Shown here piece by piece: positions 37,564 through 48,639 of a DNA stretch of 64,000 nucleotides. The notes beneath the pieces are model-generated. The model saw only the letters and a list, made by a program, of their open reading frames with translations, was not told the DNA's origin and searched no databases. The DNA lies in contig CM052816.1 in assembly GCA_028534125.1 (NCBI GenBank), positions 64,730,001 to 64,794,000 on the forward strand, given 5' to 3'. Within the stretch, counting starts at the first letter, position 1; every line of letters begins with the position of its first letter. Made by a program: the position numbers and the translations under genes. Source of the DNA: Lama glama. Its lineage: Eukaryota.

Positions 37564-37700
37564 GTGGTTTGGGAACATTCCATGCCTTTCTGAATACAGC
37601 TGTACATGTAGTTATGTATTCCTACTATGGACTATGTGCACTGGGACCAGCCTACCAGAAATATCTGTGGTGGAAAAAGTATTTGACATCATTACAGCTT
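37564..37700 (+). CDS. ELOVL7: ELOVL7 coding exon 6 ([46 protein letters not shown]), 137 nt
   Basis: Acceptor ctttctttttccag|GT, donor CTT|GTGAGT. NxxxHxxMYxYY and TxxQ motifs. Overlaps ORF 37569..37787. Confidence 0.98.
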
Positions 37701-40227
37701 GTGAGTAATGAATTTTCTTTAAAACCAGATATGAAACTAAACTGGAGTCACTTGTCTTCCTTATCAACGAGGATACTAACTAAATAAAATACAAGGTTTA
37801 CAAAACATAGTGATATAAAGTGTCTGGCCCCACATGGCAGCCTGTCATCACCTTTTCTGTATTATGTGAACTTTGTCAAGAACTTTATTGAAATAAAAGC
37901 ACATTTAGTAACCAGGAGGCTCAGTCAATTAAGCCAGCATGTGTTTCTTTATACCATTTTATACTATTTTATGCATTTATATAAAATAAATATATTTATG
38001 GTCAAAATAATCTCAAAGTTATGTAAACCTCAACAGGCATAATATTAAATTAGAAGTTAGAAATTCCATATTGTAGAGCTAAATGACCCTCAGGGAACGT
38101 AACTTTGAGGGACTTAGGAGCCTTCCTGTAGGGCCGCCTATCTAGTAATAACAATTATAAGCCTGTTTTTTGTACCAAATAGTGAAAGTACTGTGGGGAT
38201 TAAAGGTGTAGAGTGGTAGTGTCATATATATACTGAAAGAGTTGAAAACACCCTAAACTACCAACTATAAAGAAGTGGCTAAATAAGTTATTTTAATTTC
38301 TACTTTGGAATATTACAAAGTCATGAAAATTATTTACAATTTCTCTCTAAGTGTCTTTTTCTGATAACATCAGTTTAAATACTGTCCTCAAGTAAACAGT
38401 GTTCAAAGGAGAAGAGGCACTCAATTTAGAGCTAATAATACTTTCCAAGCATGAATCCTAAAAATACATGGCATGCAATTTTTTTGAAGAGTAACCATGG
38501 GTTGAGATGATGATTTGCTTTAAATTTTGTCTTCTGTTAAGATAAGAATTCTATGATTCTCATATTTCCAGACTTACAGTCTATAATAAATTAGTGTCAT
38601 ATTCTGCCATCAATACTAAAGAGAAAGTATGGATTTAGGTGTAGATAGCCTGTTGAAGCTTAATTTCTATTAAAATTCTGTAACTTGTTAAATGAAATCC
38701 AGCATATTCATATGGTGTGTTCTCCCAGATGAGAGAGTGAGGTTTTAGTGTATCAGGATGTTAAATCAGTATCATAGCATATCCTTGCAAGGTTGTTTAT
38801 TGTATCCAAAAGTGACAACACCCTAAATAATCAACCATAAGGAAATGGTGAAATAAATTATTTAAATTCCTACTTTAAAATATTATGAAGTCATGGAAAT
38901 ATTTCACAATTCCTTTCTTTTTAATTTTTTTTTTGTGATTTTAAAGTAATATATGCTCATTGTGGTGAAATGAGATAAGCAAAGAGAAAGAAGAGCAAAC
39001 ATAATTCTGCCACTGAGGGATAATCAGGGCTGATTTATTTTATTCACATTTGGATTTTCTCCTCTATGCATATGTGTGTATGCTTTTTGCATGATTTGTA
39101 TTATATTGCGTATAGAATTTTGTATTACGCTTTTTTCATTTAACGTATTCTTAAATGTTGTAAATACTTTTTCATAACGTGAGAAAATACTTACATAAAA
39201 AAAGGATAGATGTTTGTTCATTATTATTTCAAACATTTTGATTGTACACAAACATACCTGCAGAGAATGTTGAAGATATTGCTTAGGTTTTCTAAGATTT
39301 CCTCATCTGCAAAAATGAGAGGAATAGTTGTAGTCACTGTACAGGAATGTCCTAAACATGCCTTAAGATAATGCAAGGAAAGCTGCTGCTGATGATGATA
39401 ACAGAAACTAGATGAAAATCTTAACTATGGTTATAACAGAATGGATTGTGGGTAATTGTAATTTATTTTTAGGTATAGATTTTTACTTTTCTAAAGTTTC
39501 TACAGAACACATTGCCTTTTAATTATGAGAAAAAAGATGTCCAGAAAATCTGGACATGAGCCCAGAATGTGTCCCTCTTAAGACTGTGTAGAACATTCTG
39601 GATCACACAGCCCTTGGGCATCGCTAGGAGGGTCACCAATGCTCACTCACCCCTTGCGGATTCTCTGCTGCGGTTGGCAGATGGGACATAATTTTGTCTG
39701 TGATATATTTTTATCTAGGATAGGTGGCAGATATGAGGACTCAGAGATGCTTTGGCTCCTACAAAATTAATGGGTCTCTAATTAAAATGTTTTTATTTCT
39801 CCCCAAATAGAATATCTGGTCTATCAACAGGATAGAAAGTTTGAGATCAAAACTGTCCTAGAAAATTAGGCCATAAAGGGGTGTGTGCATTTCATCAGTC
39901 AAAAACTCAAGTCAGAAACTGATGGTTTTCTGAGTTGGAAAGAGCTGCAGCGCTGCTCCGCTCAGGGACATTTACATAGCACCCCCTGGAGCTGTGCACT
40001 TTGTTGGGACTGAATAGTAGTTTCAAATTCCCATCTGCATTTTTGACAGTGTTCCACCCACTATCACTCCCATGGAGGCTAGACTGAAAGATTAAATTCC
40101 CTGTCCAACAGTAGGCTAGATGTGGCTGGAGAGTGTTTAAACATAAGCAGGCAAAGAATGCATTAAATAATTGCTCCATTGTGACTCTTCATCTCTGAAC
40201 AATACTTTTCATTCTTTCATCTGTTAG

Positions 40228-40437
40228 GTCCAGTTCGTTATTATCACCATCCACATAGGCCAGTTCTTTTTCATGGAGGATTGCAACTACCAGTTTCCCG
40301 TCTTTCTATACGTCATTATGAGTTATGGGTGCATCTTTCTGCTGCTCTTTCTCCATTTTTGGTACCGTGCTTACACCAAAGGTCAGAGGCTACCCAAAAC
40401 TGTGAAAAATGGAATCTGCAAAAACAAAGATCACTGA
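40228..40437 (+). CDS. ELOVL7: ELOVL7 terminal coding exon (VQFVIITIHIGQFFFMEDCNYQFP...KNGICKNKDH*)
   Basis: Acceptor ctttcatctgttag|GTC, TGA at 40435-40437. C-terminal KNKDH fits the KxKxx ER-retrieval signal. Exons sum to 846 nt = 281 aa + stop. Confidence 0.97.
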   Translation, partial: VQFVIITIHIGQFFFMEDCNYQFPVFLYVIMSYGCIFLLLFLHFWYRAYTKGQRLPKTVKNGICKNKDH

Positions 40438-42950
40438 AATTCAAGCACAACATAAGTCTATGAATTAGACTGATATCTTGTCTTCCTTGACAATCGAGAT
40501 ATTTCCATGTGCAGTGCATTTTATATATTTTTCAAAATCAAGATCTTGTATTTTTATGATAAGTTATTGGGGTTTCTGATATTTGAGAGCCCAAAGCTCC
40601 CAGATAGTAAAGTCTTCTGATAATTAGAGCCTGAAGCAGCCAGTTTTTCAGATGCTTTTAAACCTAATCTAAAAGTTTTATTTAATACATTTTTTTAGAA
40701 TGAAAGAAGGATATGAAACAGTACAGTAGTCTTCAAAGAAGTCCAGTGTAGATGAAAAATATCATTAGATATTTTGAGCATGGACAAATGTCCATTCCAT
40801 ACAATAGATTCCTTCTGCTAGGTCTGGAAACCTCTAACTGTGGACTCTGGCTTTGTTGCTTGTTGACTATATTCAGAAAACACCATATTTACTCTAGAGT
40901 TAAATTCCCATTCTAAAGAGCTAATGTGGATGAACGTTAAGTGAAGTTTTGAACAGTTATCAGTTAAAATCACTAACAATAATTTGTGCTGGATCTCTTG
41001 GGTAGCTGGCACCAGTTCTGCTTGTAAGACTTCTTCACAACACTTTTGTTGGGTAAACTTTAAAAGTAATGATCCTTTAGGTTAGTATATGGGTGCACTT
41101 GAAACTAAGGTTAAGTTAATATTTTGAAAACAATGGATTGTTCTGATGGCTTAACAAACAGGTTGCTATTCCTGTTTTACAGTGAACTTTGTGTATTTCT
41201 GTAAAGAGGTGAATTTGTCAATGGAAAAAGTATTCCATGGTTCAGTGGAAAAAATCTGTTGTCGGTAGTATTGTAATGTCACTTTCTCGTCTTCTCATGG
41301 TTTAAAGGATTATCTTGGTTAAATATATATTGATTGGATGTATAAATGTTCATATCATTAGCACACATTAAATGATTTTTAGACCACTCAGTATACGTTA
41401 TACACAGTTTCCAGAGATGGATGAGAGTGGCTTGTGAAGTAACTGGAGGCACGTGGTGGCACAGAGATTATCCAAGGGAGATTTAGTTATAGGGATCTCT
41501 CTCATAAAGAAAGAGAGTGTGAGAGACAACATAATAATTATTACAGATTCACTGCTTGCAAAAATATCTTCCAGAATTATGAATTGATTAGCAGCCTGCA
41601 TATCTTTTTTCAAACTTATGAAGTATATAATGAAAGATGGACATTCATTTGTGTAGCTTTCATTTCTTTATAATTGGCTATTTTCTGAAATTCTCTTCTC
41701 ATGTTTTCTTGTTGGAGAACCCAACTACTCATCAGTAGAGTTTTGCCCAAGAAGCGCAATATTGATGTTCCTGAATTTTTCCTCATTGCTTTTTTTTCTT
41801 TTTATATTTATTCTTGATTTTGACGGACTCCTTATACTTGTATAACTTTAAGCAATTAGTACCCCAGTTACTGTGTAACACACAGTGATACTTAATTGTA
41901 CTAACTGTAAACTCCCAGTGTTAGGTGTCTCCCTCCTAATCCATTAGTCTCTACCACAGCCTTTTCTCTTCACACTCACCAAATTCATAAGGTTATTTGC
42001 CATTAAGTGACCTTTAGTGATTTCACTTGCTTACAGTGTGAGAAGATAAGGGTTGATAAATGGGGAGAATTTCATTTTTTTAAATAAATAATAAAGAACA
42101 TGAAAGCAAAGATAAAAGAAAGAGAAGTTCTAATTTTCTCTCTGAGATCTCAGGGTTCCCTCAGTGTTTTCCTGTTTTGGCTCTTTGGATCCAACCTGTA
42201 GTAATACGGGGAGGTATGGCGAATGCTATCACACATACAATTGCCAAAGACCCAGAGACTTTTTGGGCAAAAACCAAAAGGAAGCAAAAATGAAAGAAGA
42301 TAAAACAGGAGAGTTTGATTTCTTTTCTTGCATACTTTCTGACCTATGCTGAACAACCTCTTCTCATAGTCTTTAAAATGTTTGAGGTGCCTCTGAACTA
42401 GCAGCAACACGTGATACAGCTGCATTCTACTTTCTGTGACTAGAGGTGGAGAGCCAGAACGCTACATGAAAAGAGATCACAGCTGGTAGAAGTAACTCCC
42501 TACGAACATCAGCAGATCAGAATGGGTATCACTTGGTGTAGGACTGGATAGGCATTGTGTTGTTAAAGGAGTTTCTGCTGGGGATTCATCCACTTTTCAG
42601 GACCTCGTTGCCTTTGAGCTTGCTTACCTAAGAAATAAAAGCCCAGCTACAAAACCTGGTTTATGACATAAAGTTCTATAAATCCTTTGGAACTTACATG
42701 TATATTATAAATAAATATAAAAATAAAATTTTAAGTATCTATGGGGCATTTCCAATTTACAGTCCTAAATTGAGTAAAATTTTTAACTGAGCAGACTGCA
42801 TTGTGCCATAAATTGTAAGATTGTGAGGTTATATTTCTTCAATTATCCCTTTTTTCTGTTAAATTTTTAAGACAGTGGGAAACTCTGTAGATACTGTCAA
42901 AGTTTGGGTTTGGTTGTTGTGTGTTATAATAAATTTGTGATGTTACATGT
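40438..42950 (+). other. ELOVL7: ELOVL7 3' UTR (~2.5 kb, to the distal poly(A) signal)
   Basis: AT-rich, repeat-poor sequence after the stop codon, ending in AATAAA plus a GU-rich element. Repeats resume from ~43050. The 3' end is inferred. Confidence 0.7.
40489..40495 (+). promoter_or_regulatory. miR-219-5p seed match (GACAATC, 7mer-m8) in the proximal 3' UTR
   Basis: Complement of miR-219-5p nt 2-8 (GAUUGUC), 52 nt after the stop codon. ELOVL7 is a reported miR-219 target. Confidence 0.6.
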
Positions 42951-42965
42951 ATATGTGTGTGTGTC
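42928..42965 (+). terminator. Probable distal polyadenylation signal of ELOVL7
   Basis: AATAAA at 42928-42933, CA at about 42946-42947, then tgtatatgtgtgtgtgt as a GU-rich downstream element. Upstream is also U/GU-rich. Confidence 0.65.
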
Positions 42966-43253
42966 CTTCATTTTGGAATCTAACTGCATATGTTTGCATA
43001 GATAGGTGGTTTTTAATCTGAATACTCATTTAACCAAAGCATGTTATACATTTGTTGTACAACTGCTATATTCAGAGCCCTGTGTGATACAAAGTACAAA
43101 GATACCTACCACCCAGTTGGGACATCCCACAGGTTGGAGCTCCCAGACTGGCAAAGGCAATTATGTTACTGGGACAATAAATGATAGATACCATATAAGT
43201 GAAAGTCCTGGCACTTAGCAAGCAAGGAAGGCTTCATGAAGGCATTTAAATTT

Positions 43254-43944
43254 TTTTGTTTTTTGTGTTTAATTGAAGTATAGTCGATTTACAATGTTGT
43301 GTTAGTTTCTGGTGTACAGCATAGTAATTCAGTTATATATATATATATACACACATACACACACACACATATATATATACACACACACGTATACCTTTTC
43401 ATATTCTTTTTCATTATAGGTTATCACAAGATATTGAATATAGTTAATATATATAATGTATATATAACTATATAAATATAGTTACATATATATAACTTTT
43501 ATATATAAACTATATTGAATATAGTTTATATATATGAATATAGCTTATATACATGACAAGGAATATAATTTATATATATGAAAAGAAATATATATGTGTG
43601 TGTATATATATATACACACATACTCTTTTTCATTATGGGTTATTATAAGATGTTGAATATAGTTTCCTGTGTTGTATAGCGGGACCTTGCTGCTTATCTT
43701 TCTTATATATAGTAGTTAGTATCTGCAAATCCTGAACGCCCAAATTTATCCCTCCACACTCCCTTTCCCCCAGTAACCATGAGTTTGTTTTGTATGTCTG
43801 TGAGTCTGTTTCTGTTTTGTAAATAAGTTCATTTGTGTCTTTTTTTTTTTTTTAGATTCCACGTATAAGTGATATCATATAGTATTTTTCTTTCTCTTTC
43901 TGGCTTACGTAGTATGATAGTCTCTAGGTCCATCTGTGTTGCTG
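43254..43944 (-). mobile_element. Young 5'-truncated L1 3' end with a perfect 17-bp TSD
   Basis: tgaaggcatttaaattt at 43237-43253 and 43945-43961. T-rich tail on the left. Same 3' UTR family as 9515-9940. Confidence 0.93.
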
Positions 43945-44514
43945 TGAAGGCATTTAAATTTGAGTCGTGTGTTTAAGATACACAGAATATCAAAGTGGGT
44001 GATGGATTAGTGGGCAAGTGGTCTAAGTGGAAATAAATAATAAATTGAAGCCCAGGGGAAGCATAGCTTTAGGAGAGTTTTGAGAATGGCCAACAGACCA
44101 AATGAAAGTGAGGCATCCTGTAGGTGATACAGAGAGATGAGACCAGGAAGGGAGGAGGGCTCTAACATGGGGACCTGCTGCTGCTGCATCCAGCCTTGAT
44201 TCCCCAGGCAAATGGGAGCATTCAAAGGTTTGGGGGAGAGGAGAGGTATGACCAAAGTGGTACCTTAAGAAGAGTCACCTGGTGGGGTAGGGTGGGGGCA
44301 TGAGACCCTAAAGGCAGAGATAAATGAGTTAATTAGTGAAGTGAAGGGAGCCAGAGTGTGTGACTGACTGGAAAGAGAGAGGCTGATGTGAGAGAGCTTC
44401 TGATGGAAGGGTCCAATCTGGCTACTGATTGGCCAAGGATAAGATATGTTGCAGGATTCAGAGAAGCAGTGTGCTGGGGTGTGTAGGGGGAGAGGGGTGC
44501 ATGGAAAGGAGGCT

Positions 44515-44680
44515 GAATCTGAAGCAGTGAGGCATGGATATTAGATGCCAGGTGACCTTGGACAAGCCAGGTAACCTCTCTCAGAGTTGGTTTCTTCATC
44601 TATAAAATGAGAATAAGAGTACAAGTTCTCCTTGCTGGATTGTTGTATGGCTTAAATGAAATAACATATTTAAAAGCCTT
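44515..44680 (+). mobile_element. MIR
   Basis: gtgaccttggacaag...aacctctc...tttcttcatctataaaatgagaataa. Confidence 0.8.
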
Positions 44681-44681
44681 T

Positions 44682-45054
44682 TGTAGTAACTGGTTAAAAT
44701 GTGAAATAACATAAGCACAGAGAATACAGACATCAGATTGGAATGGGGTGGAAAAGAAGGTGGCTCCCTAGTCCAAGAGAGCGAGCAACGGCTGTTTCTA
44801 CTTTACATGGAGTTAAATATGTGTTGATTGGGGAGGGGGTGGGGACAAAAGTTCCTGTAGACATTTGCAACAGGTGCAGTCACAATGGAACAGGCTCACA
44901 GCACATCCTGTTATACCAGGCTGCCCCAGAGAGAGGGCCAGAGGACTCTTATTTTTATGCGGCTAGCTGAGTGTGGCCATGGCTTTCACTGACAGCTGGG
45001 ACTGGTTCAGGCAGTACATGCACATATAACCCATCATCTTTACAAACTGCAACA
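44682..45054 (-). mobile_element. Possible solo LTR
   Basis: TG...CA boundaries with similar flanks (ccttt / ccctt), truncating a MIR. Family not recognised. Confidence 0.35.
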
Positions 45055-45529
45055 CCCTTAAAGAGTATTTGTACCTAGAGTCAAGCTGTAGCATTTTGAA
45101 AATATCGCTGTACCTTGTGTCAGCAGGTAAAGCCAATAGGATCCAGTTAGTTTAGGGGAGAGTCTGGTTGCTAAAGAGAGAAGGCTTAGTGCAAGATAGT
45201 ATTGGCTTCCAGTGCCCAGGGGACGTTATGTACTCAGTACTTACAATTTCAAGAGGCACGATGTAAGCATTTGACTACCAGATCGTGAAAGCCGGGGGCT
45301 CGGATCTGCTACCTTCTCTCTTAAATAAGCTGCACGAATCCTTGTCAGCATGTCCCGTGCCTCCTTTGTGTTATCTTGCCCATGAATCCGCTCCTTTCTT
45401 ATTTTTCTTGTGCCAAACATTCTACTTCAAGGCCAAATAGTTTGGCCCAGGTTAGAGAATTATTCTTGGTCTTTTCACATTTTTACCTAATGTTAAGAAC
45501 CTTTTATCCACTAGGCTGCTCTGATGGAG

Positions 45530-45740
45530 GGAAGCTTGGTGCAGTGGTTGACAGCACTGACTCCGGAACCAGCCTGCCTGGTTGGATCCTGGCTCTGTCA
45601 CTTATGAGCTGGATGACCCAGACAACCTCTCTGAGTCTTAATGTCCCCACTGAAAGTGGGAACAATGGCACTACATCCCTCCTCAGTTTAGTGTAGAGAT
45701 TCGATGACTTAATACAGGGAAGTCATTAAGGGCAGCACCT
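45530..45740 (+). mobile_element. MIR
   Basis: gcagtggttgacagcactgactccggaaccag...atcctggctctgtcactta. Confidence 0.75.
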
Positions 45741-45744
45741 TCCT

Positions 45745-46555
45745 TCCAGTTCAGGCCCCAAACCACTGACTCATCCCCAACTCCTCTCTCTCACTCAACA
45801 TCAAAGTCTTCCTCTGAAAGTATCACCAGAATCTGACCACTTCTGGGCCCTCATGTCAGCCTGGATTTCTGAAATCACTTTCTATAGAACTCCCTGTTTC
45901 TGCCCTTGCCTCCTACAAGGCATTGTCTATGTAGTACCCAAAGTTATCTCTTAACACAAGTTGATCACATTTTGACTCAGAACCCACCAATGGCATGTGA
46001 TTTCACCCAGAGAAAAAAGCCAGAATCTCTATCATAATCTCCAAAGCCTCCCACGGCCTGTCTCCACCTGCCATTGCCCCTCTGTCCTCATCTCCTACGA
46101 CTCCCCATGTGGCTTCCTCTGCCCCAGCCACACTGGCCTCCTTGTGTTGTGTTCATTGGACCATGCAAAGCACATGCCCATCTTAGGCCCCATGGTTTAG
46201 CTTTTGCCTCTGCCTGGGTGGGGCTCTTCCCCAAGTAACTGCTTATCTAAACCCCTCATTTCCCTCCAGGCTTTGCTCAGATCTCACTTTCATAATGAGA
46301 CCAACCCTGTCCACCCCCTTCACTACTGCAACCTTTTCCTCTCTTTGCTCTTTCTTTTTTCCATACAGCTCTTACTACCTTCTAACATACTATACAATGT
46401 ACTTAGTTATTCTTTATATTGTTTATTGACTCTTTCTCATTAGAAAGTAACCTTCTCAGGGGTATACATTTTGTCTGTTTTGTTCACTGCTGTTGCCTGA
46501 ACAATGGCTGGCATATTGCCCGAGCTCAGTAAATACGTGTTGAATGAATTCGTGA
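45745..46555 (+). mobile_element. L2a-like 3' end
   Basis: ccagaatctgaccacttct...ccccagccacactggcctcctt...tgtctgttttgttcactgctg...ctcagtaaatacgtgttgaatgaat. Confidence 0.85.
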
Positions 46556-47639
46556 AGCACCATATAGGTATTTGCTATTGTTACAGGTTCTGTTCCTCTG
46601 CTCATTCTTTTACTGATTTAGTCATTCATTAAACAACAGTTTGTTAAACACCTACTATGTCCCAGATTTTGTGCTGGACCCCAAGTATAAAAAACAAGTC
46701 AAATCATAGCAATCCCCACAGAAATTTACACTTCGATGGACGGAGACAAACATGTAAACAAGTCAAGTGTTCCAGCTGTTAAAATGGTGATTTTTAATCT
46801 GCATACTGTAGGGATACAAAGGAAAAATAGTTTCCCTGGCTGAGGGCAGGACTTCACAAAAGCTTGAAAGAAGAGGTAATACCAGCTGACTCATGAGATA
46901 TGAGGGCCTGTTTGTCAGGCAAAAAATGAAGACAGAGTGCGCCCAACAGATAATTCCAGGTGAGAAAAGGAAAGGAACATCCTGGCATGAGCTTGAGGGA
47001 AATGTGTAAGGTGAACGCAGTGTTTCACAGTCAGGGGTGCAGGCTGGGGACCAGGACTGACTGGGATGCAGGAGGGAGGAACACATGGTGTGCAGGTTTT
47101 GGACATGCTGAGTTTGATGGTCATCCCTCCATCAAATCTGCTCCTTTTCCCTAGGCAGTAGTGTGATGACTATTCTTTTAAGGAGCTGGGACGAGAAGAG
47201 AAGGATTAAGGGTACTAGGTAAAGAAATAATGGGACTGAAGGAAAAAATTTTTTTTTCTTTTAAAGAAGCAGCAGCATAAGCATGTTAATTTACTCTAGG
47301 GATGGCTTGAGGAGAAGAGTGAAAAGTTGCATAAACACAGGGGGAATGGATGTGCCCAGGGACAGACACAGATTTCAAATATTTCCCAGCCTTGAGCAGG
47401 GTCCTACTGAGGCTGGAGACCAAACACTTGTAATGGTCTCTATGTGCATAATTGTGTTCATCCATGATCGTGTGGGCATGGAAAAGACTTGCATTGACCA
47501 AGGTGGGGATTTGCAAGAAAGACAAAGCAGCAGTTCAAGGAAACGAGGATGCTGAGAATGAGGATGCCAGTTAGAATGGGTGAAGTGATGCATTATGGGA
47601 ACTGAAATCAAGACTCTCAAAGGACAGTAATGCTTACTA

Positions 47640-47845
47640 AATTCCTTATATATCTCATGCAGTAAAATCCTCACAACAGCCCATTAGGTAGGTACAATGA
47701 GGAAGGTATAGATAAGGAAATTAATGCTTATGGCATTTAGGTAAATTGCCCGAGATCAGGCAGTTATTAAGTGGTAGAGGTGGATATTGAATCAAATCTC
47801 TCTAATGTCAAAGCTCTTACTCTTTAACCATTGTGCTATACTGCT
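47640..47845 (-). mobile_element. MIR
   Basis: aatcctcacaacagccc...gataaggaaatt...ttgcccgagatca...ctctttaaccattgtgctatactgc. Confidence 0.75.
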
Positions 47846-47884
47846 GGTATAGTGAGGGGTTGATGGAATCAGGGAGTGAACTGA

Positions 47885-48350
47885 TTTGTAAGTTCAACTA
47901 GGAATGATGAAAACCCAAAATAAGTTAATTAAACAAGACTGAAATTCTTTCTCATGTAAAGTTCCAGAGAGATGCAGTCAGACCTGGGTTGGTTACACTT
48001 TACCATTAAGACCTAGGAACTTTCTATCTTGTACCTCTGCCATATATCACTTCCATTCCCATAGTTACCTCATGATCCAAAATGGGTGTTGGAACTCCAG
48101 CCATTGCATACATGTTTCAACAAGCATGAAGGAGGAAGAGGACAAGAGAAGGACTTGATCTGTCCATTAAAGATACATAACAAAAGTGATACATCATTGG
48201 CCAGAATTTAGTCATATGGGTCACATGTAGCAGAAAGTAATCTGGGAAGTGTAGTCTTTATTTTAGGTCACTCTGTATTAAGCTAAAACCAGGGATTCTA
48301 TGACTATGGAAGAAGGAGGTGAATGGGGATATTAGAGGGTATAGGCTGTG
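47885..48350 (-). mobile_element. MLT1J-like MaLR LTR
   Basis: tccaaaatgggtgttggaactccagccatt...catcattggccagaatttagtcatatgg...ctgggaagtgtagtcttt. Confidence 0.75.
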
Positions 48351-48639
48351 GTCAGAAATTCAAACTATGGGTATAGCACTGTATGGTTCTGGAAGCGAGA
48401 GGCTGATGTAGAAATTGCACGATGGTCATTAGAATTAAACATGTTGAGGAAGTGTTAGGCATGGTGTTGGATTTATGGGGTTGTCCCCGTAAATGTTGAA
48501 GACCCTTAAGGTGATGAAGAATCTTGGAATGAAGACTAGCCAGGTGACAGAGTGCTCTGAATAGGGTTGTGTGGCCAAGAAGACAGTAGATGACAATAAT
48601 GAGAAATGCAAAGTAACACAAGCCTCAAAGGCTGGGATG

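Noticed and set aside
42100..42325. Weak direct repeat (tgaaagcaaagataaaag / tgaaagaagataaaac) in the 3' UTR
   Set aside because: Short and purine-rich low complexity; could be chance.
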